Shown here: piece after piece, positions 21,302 to 32,714 of the stretch | How positions within the stretch are numbered: position 1 is the stretch's first letter | Layout of the letters: each line of letters opens with the position of its first letter | Notes under the pieces: generated by a model | Databases searched by the model: none | Told to the model about the DNA's origin: nothing | What the model saw: only the letters and a program-made list of their open reading frames with translations | Made by a program: the position numbers and the translations under genes | Origin: an uncultured Alphaproteobacteria bacterium | Lineage (GTDB): Bacteria > Pseudomonadota > Alphaproteobacteria > Rhizobiales > Xanthobacteraceae | NCBI GenBank assembly: GCA_963825015.1 | Contig: CAWGRN010000021.1 | Location: 3,295-67,294, forward strand | DNA length: 64,000 bases | Reading direction: 5' to 3'

Positions 21302-22430
21302 TCATCCACCCGCGCAAATGCGTTTCAAGGCCGCCCACTCGCCGGCCTGGAGGAAGGGCGTGGTCGGCGCCGCACCGGCGATCTTGTTGATCGCGGCGAC
21401 GCGCGCCTTGGTCTCGGGGTGGTCCAGCAGGATTTTCATGCCCGGTTCGGTTGCGCCGCCGATCTTGCTTAGCATGGTGGCGAGCGCCCGCGCATTGCCG
21501 CGGGCCTTGATCATCAAGTTGGCGCCGTAGGCGTCGGCGGCGGCCTCGGCCTCGCGCGAATAGGACGATTGCAGCACGGTCTTGGCGGCGATCACCACCG
21601 CGCCGCCGCCGACAAAGTCGCCCAGCAGCATGCCGAACAGGAACGACAGGCCGCCGGCCTGCAACACCGCCTTGGTGCCGTCGCGATGGGCGACATGGCC
21701 GATTTCATGGGCAATCACGCCGGCCACCTCGTCGGCATTGTCGGCCTTGTCGATCAAGCCGCGAAACACATAAACCTGCCCGCCCGGCAGCGCCATGGCA
21801 TTGGCCTCGCGAGCGGCGCACCACGAAGCTGCGCAGCGGCGCCGGCAGGCCGGCCGCGGCTTCCAGCCGATGCACGATCTTGTCGAGCGCGGCGCGGCCC
21901 GGCTGCTCCACGCTGGCCGCGCCGCATTCGAAAGCGTCGCCGGATTTCCGGGTGTCCAGAATGCCGCGCACCTGCATGTCGACGGCATCGCCGAGCCTGC
22001 GATCGATCGCCGCCGGCACCAGCGGCGCCAGCCGTTCGGCCAGCGCCGGCACGCCGAAATAGGCGACCGCCAGCAGCGACACCGTCGCCGCCACCGTCCA
22101 GCCGATCACGCTGGCGCGCTGGCGCCGTTGCAGCGAGCCGGTGCGGTCGACATTGCTGGCGCGCGCGTCGATGGCGGCGGCGAAGGCCGGATCGAGAATT
22201 TCCAGCCGCTCCAGCGTGGCGCTGCCGCGGCGGCCGAGACGCAGCACGGCGTCCGGCGCGGCGAGGCTTTGGATTTCGTCATAGGGCCATTCGGCCAGCA
22301 GCCGTCCGTCGCGGCCGGCGACATGCAGACCGGACGGCGCCAGCACCACCACCGCGTCGTGACGCGCGCTGGTCTGGCCGTCGAAAAAAATACCTTCGCC
22401 GGTGGTCATGGTTTCGGTCGGACCGGCCAT
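21302..22430 (-). CDS. M48-family zinc metalloprotease (frameshift near 21810)
   Basis: NAMALPGG, HEIGH, YSREAEAAAD, DHPET; N-terminal domain plus TM helix. Confidence 0.9.
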
Positions 22431-23692
22431 CAAATCCCGCCCACATTGAGTGCATCGGCGAGGCCTTCGCCGAACGCCGAACTCGGCCGCCCGGTGGCCT
22501 TGACCCGGTCGAGCGCCGAGAGGCCGGACAATTGCAGCGATTCCATGCCCAACTGCCAGAGCGAGAGCTGCACGGTGGCGCGATAGACCGTCGAGAAGCC
22601 GAGCGCGGCGATCACATAGCCGCCCAGCAGGATCAGCGTCGCCGCGATTTCACCGCCGGCGCCGGAGCCATCGTCGCCCGCCAGCGCGCCGATCACCAGC
22701 AAGGCCGGGACGCCGATAATCGCCATGCCGATGCAGAACAAAATCGCGAACCACAGAAACCGGACATAGGCGCCGTAGACCTGCAGCGTGCGCAGGCTGG
22801 TGCGGACCTCGATGTCGCCGAAGCGCAAGCCGGCCGACCACCAGCGCAGCATCAGCGCCTGGAACGCCGGATAGAGCAGGGCGGCCAAAGTGACGGCGGT
22901 GCCGCCCATCAGCATGGCGAACACGATGGCGCCGGCCAGCGCCGGATTGCCGCCCTCGATGCGGCCCATGACGTCGTCGCCGCCTTGCTCGACCGCATCG
23001 GCCAGCGCCTGCCAGTCCACCACCTCGACGAAGGCGCCGACCGTGACGGCGATCGGCGCCACCACCGCGATCCACATCGGCAGGCCGCGCAGGAACAGGC
23101 GAAAGCCCGAGCCTGCGAAGCTGCCGGCGAGGTCGCCGTAAAACGTGTGGCGCATCTTGAAGCGTTCGAGGCTGGCGAGCTGGAACGGATAGGCCAGGCC
23201 CAGCGTCAGGCCGGTGGCGAGCCACCACAGGCTGGCGCGCAAGGCATAGGCCCAGGCCGAGCCCTCCTGGTGAAACCGCAGACCGCGATAGACCGTGCGG
23301 GTCAGCCGGTAGCGCCGCGCGCGGTAGACGGCGTATTGCCCGAGCACGCCGAGGCCGGCGAAAGCCATCACGCCCGATAATTGTCCGATGGTGCCGAGGT
23401 CGAGCGCCGCGAGAAAGAAGCCGGCATAGACCGGGATCAGAATGGCGATCGCGACCAGAAAGCCGATCAGCAGCTCCAGCGGCGTGCCGGTGTATTCCAG
23501 GCTTTCGCCGGCGATTTCGGTATTGGCCCACAGAAAGCGGCGCACGTCGGTGGCGAGCCAGAACCGGTAGATGCCGAGCGTGACCATCAGCAGCAGCGCG
23601 CCGCGCATCAGCAGCCGCCAATAGGCCCGGCGCTGGCCCAGGAACCGTATTTGGCCGCTCGCCGCCGTTGCGCTGGGCTCAAGGCTGGTCAT
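22430..23692 (-). CDS. DUF898/YjgN-family membrane protein
   Basis: VTLGIYRFW, LEYTGT, RYRLTRTVYRGLRF; translationally coupled to the M48 gene. Confidence 0.9.
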   Translation of the reverse strand: MTSLEPSATAASGQIRFLGQRRAYWRLLMRGALLLMVTLGIYRFWLATDVRRFLWANTEIAGESLEYTGTPLELLIGFLVAIAILIPVYAGFFLAALDLGTIGQLSGVMAFAGLGVLGQYAVYRARRYRLTRTVYRGLRFHQEGSAWAYALRASLWWLATGLTLGLAYPFQLASLERFKMRHTFYGDLAGSFAGSGFRLFLRGLPMWIAVVAPIAVTVGAFVEVVDWQALADAVEQGGDDVMGRIEGGNPALAGAIVFAMLMGGTAVTLAALLYPAFQALMLRWWSAGLRFGDIEVRTSLRTLQVYGAYVRFLWFAILFCIGMAIIGVPALLVIGALAGDDGSGAGGEIAATLILLGGYVIAALGFSTVYRATVQLSLWQLGMESLQLSGLSALDRVKATGRPSSAFGEGLADALNVGGI

Positions 23693-23851
23693 AGCAAGGA
23701 GGGATAAAGGGAAGGCGCCGCGGAGGCAATGTCGGCTTCGGGCAGGGCGTCCACTGGGGAGAGGCAAAGCGACCGGCGCCAAATCGTAGTAACGTCCGCC
23801 GGCTGGCACCTGTTTTGAAAGTGCGCGGCGCTGCCCGCGTGAAGAAGACCC

Positions 23852-24229
23852 ATGCTGCTGGTCAAGACCTATCTCGATAAAAGCGATATTCACGGCCTTG
23901 GCGTCTTCGCCGGCGAATTCATCCGCAAGGGCAAGAAGATCTGGCGCTTCGTCGACGGCTTCGACCGCGCCTACTCGCCCAAGCAATTCGCCAAGCTGCC
24001 GAAAGCGGCGCGGGATTTCATCAGGTTCCACGGCTATCGGGTCGACGGCGAAATCCTGCTCACCGTCGACCACGACCGCCACATGAATCATTCGCCCGAC
24101 GCCAACACGGACTGGAATAATAACGGCTACATCGTCGCGACCCGCGACATCCCCAAGGGCGCCGAGATCACCAACGACTACCGGCTGTTCGACCCGGCGT
24201 TCTGCGCGGCGTTTTTGAAGAAGAAGTAG
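23852..24229 (+). CDS. SET-domain protein (putative lysine methyltransferase)
   Basis: IHGLGVFA, MNHS, ATRDIPKGAEITNDY. Confidence 0.9.
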   Translation: MLLVKTYLDKSDIHGLGVFAGEFIRKGKKIWRFVDGFDRAYSPKQFAKLPKAARDFIRFHGYRVDGEILLTVDHDRHMNHSPDANTDWNNNGYIVATRDIPKGAEITNDYRLFDPAFCAAFLKKK

Positions 24230-24299
24230 CGCGCCGAGCCGTCAGCCTATCGTCGTCACACTGAGGCGTGAGCCAATCAGCGTCAGCCAGCGATTCATT

Positions 24300-25049
24300 T
24301 TATTTCTTCAACTTGTCATACCAGCCGCGGCGGTGCGCCTCATCGATCGCATCGAGGAAATCGGCCTGCACGCCCAGCGCGCGCAACTCGGGCATAGGAA
24401 TCGTCACCGGCGCGGCGCAGGCCTTCACGACATGCGGCCAATCCCAGGCCTGAAGACCGAGCCCGTCGGCCGCGGCGTCGGGCCACACCATCAGACTCAT
24501 GCCCAGTTGCGCCGGATCGGCAAACACTTCCGCGCAGGCATCGTTCACCCGTTGCGCGCGTTTCGCGTAGAGCTTCCACAGCGCGGAGGACGTCACCAAA
24601 ATCGGGTCGGAAACGCCGCCGCCCGCGATGGTCGCCGCATTTTCGAACAATGCGGCGGGCAATAGCTTTTTCCAGTCCACCGGCGCGCCGGTCGCCAAGT
24701 CATAGACCAGCGCCTTCTCGCTGTCGTCGGGATAGGCGCCGCCGCAGAACCAATCGCTGCGTGCCAGCACACCCAGATAACGCGGACCGCGCATCGTCAC
24801 GCTGACGTCGCGCCTGTAATCTTTGCACATCCCCGCCGCCGCCGCGGCATCGGCAATCTTGAGCGCAGCGTTGATGCGCGCCGCCGCTTGGTCTCCCGGC
24901 TTGGCGACGAGGTGCGGAAAGGCGGCGACGCCGCGCCGCATCGCCGGCGAAGGCTTCAGCGCGACCGGCTGTCCGGCTTGCGCGGCCGCCGTCGTCCACG
25001 CGGCGGCGACAATCGCTGCAAGAAAGGCCCGGCCAAGTGTCCCGGTCAT
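24300..25049 (-). CDS. Exported hypothetical protein (DUF3298/RsiV-like features)
   Basis: Signal peptide MTGTLGRAFLAAIVAAAWTTAAAQA; CGGAYPD...VYDLATG; four Cys. Confidence 0.65.
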   Translation of the reverse strand: MTGTLGRAFLAAIVAAAWTTAAAQAGQPVALKPSPAMRRGVAAFPHLVAKPGDQAAARINAALKIADAAAAAGMCKDYRRDVSVTMRGPRYLGVLARSDWFCGGAYPDDSEKALVYDLATGAPVDWKKLLPAALFENAATIAGGGVSDPILVTSSALWKLYAKRAQRVNDACAEVFADPAQLGMSLMVWPDAAADGLGLQAWDWPHVVKACAAPVTIPMPELRALGVQADFLDAIDEAHRRGWYDKLKK

Positions 25050-25099
25050 GCGTTGTCTCGCTTCGGTTTCCGCCCCTAGGGGTGCAGCGCACCGCGCAT

Positions 25100-25558
25100 C
25101 TATTTCACGCCCAGCAGTTCGACGTCGAACATCAGCGTCGCATTGGGCGGAATGACGCCGCCGGCGCCCGAGGCGCCGTAGCCGAGCGCGGGCGGAATGA
25201 TCAGCGTGCGCTTGCCGCCGACCTTCATGGTGGCGACGCCTTCGTCCCAGCCCTTGATGACCCGGCCGCGGCCGATCGGAAACTCGAACGGCTCGTTGCG
25301 GTCGACCGAGCGAGTCGAACTTCTTGCCCTTGACGCCGTTGACGTAGAGCCAGCCGGTGTAATGCATGACGCAGGTCTGCCCGGGCTTCGGCGACGCGCC
25401 GGTGCCGACGACGGTGTCCGTGATTTTCAGGCCCGATGCTGTGGTCATGGTTTTCCCGGCGGTTTGTGCTGATGCTGGTGTGAAGGAACCGGCGGCGGCG
25501 ACGCGCCCAAGCCGGCAATGAGCGACAATGCCAATACGTTACGTCCGAACCTGCGCAT
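25100..25558 (-). CDS. FKBP-type peptidyl-prolyl isomerase, frameshifted
   Basis: [52 protein letters not shown]. Confidence 0.9.
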
Positions 25559-25605
25559 GAGGTCTCCAATTTCGTTGAGGGCAACGCTTGGCCGCGTCAT
25601 ACACT

Positions 25606-25633
25606 GTTATGGCCGGGCTTGTCTTGGCCATCC
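25606..25633. repeat. REP-like palindrome
   Basis: GTTATGGCCGGGCTTGTCTTGGCCATCC, an imperfect hairpin with ATGGCC...GGCCAT. Confidence 0.6.
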
Positions 25634-25656
25634 GCGCAATTTTTAGCGCCTTGATC

Positions 25657-25968
25657 CTATTGCGGCTCCGCCGCAAATTTCGATTCCCGCACCACCTCGC
25701 AAACTTGCAGGTGATAGGCCGAATAGAATTTCTGCCGCCCCAGTTTCTTGGTCGGCACGTGCTCCGGGTGATTGGCCCAGGCGCGCAATGTCTCGGCCGA
25801 TTCCCATTCGAACAGCGACAGCCGCTCGCCGTCCTCGGCGACATAGCCCTTGTGCGAGATATAGCCCGGCATGGTGACGGCGATGTCGCTCATGCGCTTG
25901 AACCAGTATTTGTATTCGTCGCCGAGGCCCTCAGGCGTGCGCCGCGCGCGAAAGACGATGACCATCAT
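25657..25968 (-). CDS. Antibiotic biosynthesis monooxygenase (ABM) family protein
   Basis: MPGYISHK, WESAETLRAWANHPEH, GRQKFYSAY. Confidence 0.85.
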   Translation of the reverse strand: MMVIVFRARRTPEGLGDEYKYWFKRMSDIAVTMPGYISHKGYVAEDGERLSLFEWESAETLRAWANHPEHVPTKKLGRQKFYSAYHLQVCEVVRESKFAAEPQ

Positions 25969-26000
25969 GGGGGATTTCCTTCATATGCAATTGACCGGTG

Positions 26001-26040
26001 CGTAGGGTGTAGCCCGGATGAGCGAAAGCGAAATCCGGCT
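26001..26040. repeat. GTAG-type REP-like element with a truncated second GTAG head
   Basis: CGTAGGGT followed by GTAGCCCGGATGAGCGAAAGCGAAATCCGGCT (CCGGAT...ATCCGG stem). Confidence 0.6.
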
Positions 26041-26458
26041 ATGGGTGGCGCTTTCCGGCCGCGATCATCGAACAGGCTTTATCAACCCGCTTTCTGCGTG
26101 CCTCCGGGTCGTTCGCTGATCCGACCCAACTAGCAAAGTCCCGGCGCTCAAGCGATGTGAGCGTGCTCCACTGAGCCTTCGCCTTAGGAGCGCCCGCAAG
26201 AGCTTTGTGAAGATTCATCGGCACGATTGCGAAACAACAGGGGCGTCGCTTTCCCGAAGCGAGCCTGTTCGGAATGCTCTCGATCCGGCGTTGACGCGTC
26301 TCAGCTTGTTTGGCCGAGTCTATCCACATGACAAAGTCTCTGCGCGCGAGCGGTGTGAGATCGCTCCACTGAGCCTTCGCTTTCGGCTCAGCTGCGAGGA
26401 CTTTGCGAAGATCCGCCGGCACGCTGGGTTCTTGTTCTTCTCTATTCTCGTTCTTCAT
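26039..26458 (-). CDS. YdeI/OmpD-associated (OmdA) family protein with two tandem domains
   Basis: VPADLRKVL...KAKAQW...LTPLARRDFVMWI...ETRQRRIE occurs twice in variant form. Confidence 0.85.
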   Translation of the reverse strand: MKNENREEQEPSVPADLRKVLAAEPKAKAQWSDLTPLARRDFVMWIDSAKQAETRQRRIESIPNRLASGKRRPCCFAIVPMNLHKALAGAPKAKAQWSTLTSLERRDFASWVGSANDPEARRKRVDKACSMIAAGKRHP

Positions 26459-26469
26459 TTAACCTGACT

Positions 26470-28110
<1,641 letters not shown>

Positions 28111-28277
28111 GACGTTCCCTCTCTCTTTTCGTGGGCGCGCATATGCGCCGGTCTTGTTCTTGGTCTTTTGGGCCAGCCCCTCGCTGACCGTCTTAAGGTT
28201 AGCGGGCGAACGGGACGGGTAGCAATGCCTCGCGGGAACCCCGCAGAAATACCGCAATTCTGGCCGACAGGGCTGTC

Positions 28278-29141
28278 ATGAGGCTGCTGGGCGCAATCCT
28301 ATTGCTGGCGGGCACTTGCGGCGGTTTGGCCGCCGCCGAGGGCATCCCGCTGCCGCGTCCGCGCCCGCCGCAACCGGCGGTCTGGACCGAGCCGCATACG
28401 TTCCGCGAGGCCGCCGGCGCCGATTTCAAATCCGACGACGTCACCGACAAGCTCTCCGCCTGCGACGAGCGGCTGGCCAAGGTCGCGGTCATCACGCCGA
28501 TGCCGCGTCTGATCGGCCCCGGCGCCTGCGGCGGCGGCGACATCGTCGAGCTCAGCGCGGTGCTGCTGGCCGGCAATGCCCGGGTCATGATCAAGCCGGC
28601 GCCGGTGCTGCGCTGCGCGATGGCGGAGCAGCTGGCCGCCTGGGTTCACGACGAGGCCGCGCCGCGCGTCGCCAAAACGGGAAAAGTCCTGCAGGCGGTC
28701 GAGACCTATGACGACTTCGATTGCCGCGGCCGCAACCGGGTGCGCGGCGCCAAGCTCAGCGAGCACGGCAAGGGCAATGCGGTCGATGTGCGCTCGCTCA
28801 CGCTTGCCGACGGCGGCGTCATCCGCCTGACCGACATGAAGGCGCCGAAGGAGCTGCGCGTTGCGTTACGCGAAACCGCCTGCACGCGCTTCACCACGGT
28901 GCTGGGGCCGGGCTCGGACGGCTATCACGAAGAGCACATCCATCTCGATCTCGCCGAGCGCCACAATGGCTACCGCATTTGCCAGTGGGACGTGCGCGAA
29001 CCGCCCAAGCCCGACACGCTGGTCGCCAGCGCCCAGCTGGCCGGCAAGCCGGCGCCCAGCCCGGTGGCCGATGCCGTGGTGTTGCCGCCGGCCAAGCCGT
29101 CCGGCCACAGCGCGGCCGCGGCCGTTAAGAAAAAGCTGTGA
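28278..29141 (+). CDS. Extensin-like C-terminal domain protein (exported)
   Basis: Signal peptide, PLPRPRP, CRGRN, SEHGKGNAVD, FTTVLGPGSDGYHEEHIHLD. Confidence 0.88.
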   Translation: MRLLGAILLLAGTCGGLAAAEGIPLPRPRPPQPAVWTEPHTFREAAGADFKSDDVTDKLSACDERLAKVAVITPMPRLIGPGACGGGDIVELSAVLLAGNARVMIKPAPVLRCAMAEQLAAWVHDEAAPRVAKTGKVLQAVETYDDFDCRGRNRVRGAKLSEHGKGNAVDVRSLTLADGGVIRLTDMKAPKELRVALRETACTRFTTVLGPGSDGYHEEHIHLDLAERHNGYRICQWDVREPPKPDTLVASAQLAGKPAPSPVADAVVLPPAKPSGHSAAAAVKKKL

Positions 29142-29187
29142 TGCGCGTCCACCTTCCATTCATCGTTTTGGGGCTAGCTAGCGCGCC

Positions 29188-30126
29188 ATGACCATCGTCG
29201 ATCCCAGGACCCTGGTGGCCGATGCCGCAGCCGCCGCGCCAGCGCGGGCTGACGCGCCGCGGCCTGCTCAAGAGCGGGCTCGGCCTGACCGGCCTGGCCG
29301 GCCTGGTGATGCCGGGAACGACGGCCTTTGCCGCGGTGGAAGCCGCCAACGACCTGATCATCACCGACTATCGGCCGGTGCCGCCGGCCTGGCCCGATAG
29401 CCACAAGCTCACCATCACCGTGATCGCCGACCTGCACGCCGGCGGCCCCAATATGGGCATCGAGCGCGTGCGCCAGGTGGTCGATGCCGGCAACGCGCTC
29501 GGCTCCGATCTGGTGGTGATCCTGGGCGACTATTTCGCCACCCATCGCTTCGTCACCGAACAGGTGCCGCACGATGCCTGGGCGGCCGAACTCGCCCGCC
29601 TGAAGGCGCCGCTCGGCGTCTATTCGATCCTCGGCAATCACGACTGGTGGTACGATCATCGACGGCGTGCGCAACGCGCTGCACAAGGTGCGCATTCCGC
29701 TGCTGGAGAACGAGGCGGTGCTGCTGGGCCGGCCGGGCGCAAGGTTCTGGCTGGCCGGGCTCGGCGATCAGCTCGCCCATTGGCTCGGACCGAGCGAATT
29801 TCGCGGCGAAGACGATCTGCCCGGCACGCTTGCCAAAGTCACGACCGTCCGACCCGGTGATCCTGCTGGCGCACGAGCCGGACATCTTCCCCGACGTGCC
29901 GGCCCGCGTCTCGCTGACCCTTGCCGGCCATACCCATGGCGGGCAGATCAAATTGCCGGGCATTCCGCCGGTATGGGCGCCGTCGGCCTATGGCGCGCGC
30001 TTCGCCTACGGCCACATCGTCGAGCGCGACCGCCACATGATCGTGTCGGGCGGGCTCGGCACCAGCAAGGTGCCGCTGCGGCTCGGCGTGCCGCCGGAAA
30101 TCGTGCGCGTGACCTTGGGCGCCTGA
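29188..30126 (+). CDS. Calcineurin-like metallophosphoesterase with Tat-like signal, frameshifted
   Basis: TRRGLLK; DLH, GD, GNHD, HEPD, GHTHGGQ. Confidence 0.88.
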
Positions 30127-30142
30127 GGCTCAACACCAAAAC

Positions 30143-30170
30143 AAAAACGGCGCCCGCAAGGGCGCCGCTT
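30143..30170. terminator. Rho-independent terminator between convergent genes
   Basis: CGGCGCCC-GCAA-GGGCGCCG hairpin with an A-run on the left (U-tract on the minus strand). Confidence 0.8.
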
Positions 30171-30192
30171 CGAATTTCAGTGCAAGACGCGC

Positions 30193-30862
30193 TTAGCGGA
30201 ACAGGCCGCTGCTCGATGCGATCCGCGGGCTGTACGGCGAGTCGCCCTGGTGCGGCGCCAGCACCACCACGACCGTGCCGGTCTTGACCCGGTTGTAGAG
30301 GTCGATGACGTCCTCGTTGGTCATGCGGATGCAGCCCGAGGAAATCGCCTGGCCGATATATTCCGGCTGGTTGGTGCCGTGGATGCGGTACAGCGTGTCC
30401 TTGTTGCCGCTCGTAGAGATACATGGCGCGCGCGCCCATCGGGTTTTGCGGGCCGGAGCCGACGAAGTCGGGCACGTCCATGCGCTTCTTGATCTCGGCG
30501 GTCGGCGTCCAGGTCGGCCATTCGGTCTTGCGGCCGACCTTGGCGACGCCCGACCAGGCCAGCGCTTCATCGCCGACGGTGACGCCGTAGCGGATCGCCT
30601 TGCCGCCATCCAGCACGTAATAGAGATAGCGCGCGTCGGAATCGATCACGATCGATCCGGGCAGCTCCTTGCGGTGATACTCGACGATGTGCCGCCGATA
30701 CGGCTCGGGGATCGTCGCGTTTTCATAAGGCGCCGCCGCCAGCAACTTCTTGTCGCGCGGCGTCAGATTGGCTTCCGACGCCGGCTCGATCGTGGACTGC
30801 ATGCACCCGCCCAGCACGAGACCGGCGCCCAGCAGGACCGCCCACAAACCCCTAACCGCCAT
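30193..30862 (-). CDS. L,D-transpeptidase (YkuD) lipoprotein (frameshift near 30412)
   Basis: Lipobox LGGC; IRYGVTVG, WPTWTP, NPMGARA, YRIHGTN...SSGCIRM. Confidence 0.92.
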
Positions 30863-31078
30863 GATCTTCCTCTTTCCCGGTCGCTTTTACAGCGCCCCGC
30901 ATCAGCAAAATCTTGTCTTCGCAATTAACCGGTTTAGTTCCGGGATAGCTACGTTTCTGGCTGCTTCACCGTCCGCTTCCTGTGAACCTGTTGCAGGAAT
31001 GCCGCACTCAACTTTAGACGTTATCTGGCGGCCGAATGCCGCAGTGCCCGCAACAAAAAACACTTTGCCCGCAACACC

Positions 31079-31094
31079 TTAAGAGAAGGTTTAC
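31079..31094 (+). promoter_or_regulatory. Near-consensus CtrA-type site
   Basis: TTAA-GAGAAGG-TTTAC. Confidence 0.5.
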
Positions 31095-31250
31095 CATAAC
31101 TGCCGGAATATTCAGGGGATTGCCGCAGCCACTTCCGGCCCCGCCGGATGTCACGATAGGACACGATTTGCTGCGCAATTTTGCCCCAGTCCACGACCAC
31201 ATACAGGGTCGAGGACAACCCAAGGACGGAACCGGAGACGTGACGTGACA

Positions 31251-31430
31251 ATGCAAGTAAAGGCGACGGAGCTCGCCCAACAATCGGCGAAACAAGACTC
31301 CCAACGCCAGGCTAACCAACTCGACAATCGTTACGGCAAGATCGGCATCTCGGCGGTCGCAGCGGCCTTGCGCCATCAGGGCGAACCGCAGACCCCGTCG
31401 GAATACCGCATCCCCTACGATCGCGACTGA
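31251..31430 (+). CDS. Small hypothetical protein (about 59 aa)
   Basis: GGAG upstream; MQVKATEL...LDNRYGKIGISAVAAALRH. Confidence 0.6.
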   Translation: MQVKATELAQQSAKQDSQRQANQLDNRYGKIGISAVAAALRHQGEPQTPSEYRIPYDRD

Positions 31431-31618
31431 GCGGCCGGCGGCCATCCTGGCGGGCCAGGTCCGCGGCCTGACAGCGGACCGGCATACGGATTTCCACGAT
31501 CGACGCGACCAAGACATGCGGCCGCCCGCTGAGGCTGTCGCGCGTTAAAGTCATTTATGGCTTGCGCGCAGCCGCGTGATCGGTTCATGAGAGATCACCT
31601 TAAGAGCCCGGTGATTTC

Positions 31619-32594
31619 ATGCTTGCGGTCTACGTTCCGCGCGACACATCGCTTGAGCGCATTGCCATCGAACCCGGCGCGGCCCCGCCGGCCGTGACCG
31701 TATGGATCGATCTGGTCACGCCGACCGTGCAGGAAGACAAACTGGTCGAGCAATTTCTCGGCATCGCGGTGCCGACCCGCGAGGAAATGCAGGAGATCGA
31801 AGTCTCCAGCCGGCTCTATACCGAAAACGGCGCGCGCTACATGACGGCGACGCTGATGTGCCAGTCGGACACGGCGACGCCGATGACCACGCCGGTCACC
31901 TTCATTCTGTCCAATCACCGTCTGTGCACCGTGCGCTACGACGATCCGCGGCCGTTCGCCATCGTCGAGCACAAATTGGCGCGCGCCTGCGGGCCCAAGG
32001 TGTCGGGCGAGTCGGTGCTGATGGATCTGCTCGACGCGGTGATCGACCGTTCCGCCGACATCCTGGAGCGCATCGCCGCCGAGGTCGATTCCGTCTCGCA
32101 TTCGATCTTCGAGCCGGACGACGAAGCCGCCGCGCTGTCCTACAACGAAGTGCTCAAGGCGCTCGGCCGCAAGGGCGATCTCACCTCCAAGGTGCGCGAG
32201 AGTCAGGTGTCGGTCGGCCGCCTGCTGTCGTTTCTGGCCAACGAAGCCGAAGGCATGAAGTGGGCCAAGGACGCCAAGCTGCAGTTGACAGTCGATGCAG
32301 CGCGACGTCATCTCGCTGTCGGACCACGCCACGTATCTGGCCAACAAGATCACCTTCCTGCTCGACGCGCTGCTCGGCATCGTCAGCATTCAGCAAAACG
32401 ACATCATCAAGATCTTCTCGATCGCGGCGGTGGTGTTCATGCCGCCGACTTTGGTGGCCTCGATCTACGGCATGAATTTCCACCACGGCATGATCGAGCT
32501 CGACTGGAATTTCGGCTACCCGTTCGCGCTGCTGCTGATGGTGCTGGCCGCGGTCGGGCCGATCTTGTTCTTCAAGTGGAAGAAGTGGTTGTAG
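31619..32594 (+). CDS. corA: CorA-family Mg2+/Co2+ transporter (frameshift near 32288)
   Basis: WIDLVTPT, EIEVSSRLY, PPTLVASIYGMNF, FKWKKWL. Confidence 0.93.
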
Positions 32595-32621
32595 GCACGC
32601 TCGGCGCCGCTATTTCCACTC

Positions 32622-32698
32622 GTCGTCCCCGCGAAGGCGGGGACCAGTAAGCAGCTCTGTGATATAAAGCGTTGGATGCCCGCTTTCGCGGGCATGAC
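32622..32698. repeat. REP doublet (inverted pair) between convergent genes
   Basis: GTCGTCCCCGCGAAGGCGGGGACCA ... TGGATGCCCGCTTTCGCGGGCATGAC. Confidence 0.75.
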
Positions 32699-32714
32699 AG
32701 CCTTCCAAGCTTCA

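Noticed and set aside
23804-23818. Sigma54 promoter before the SET gene (TGGCAC-N5-TTGA)
   Set aside because: The -12 element lacks the conserved GC.
24300-25448. Apparent fusion of FKBP with a secreted protein (382-aa ORF)
   Set aside because: Created by a +1 insertion in FKBP; the corrected FKBP stops at 25100 and the next gene has its own signal peptide.
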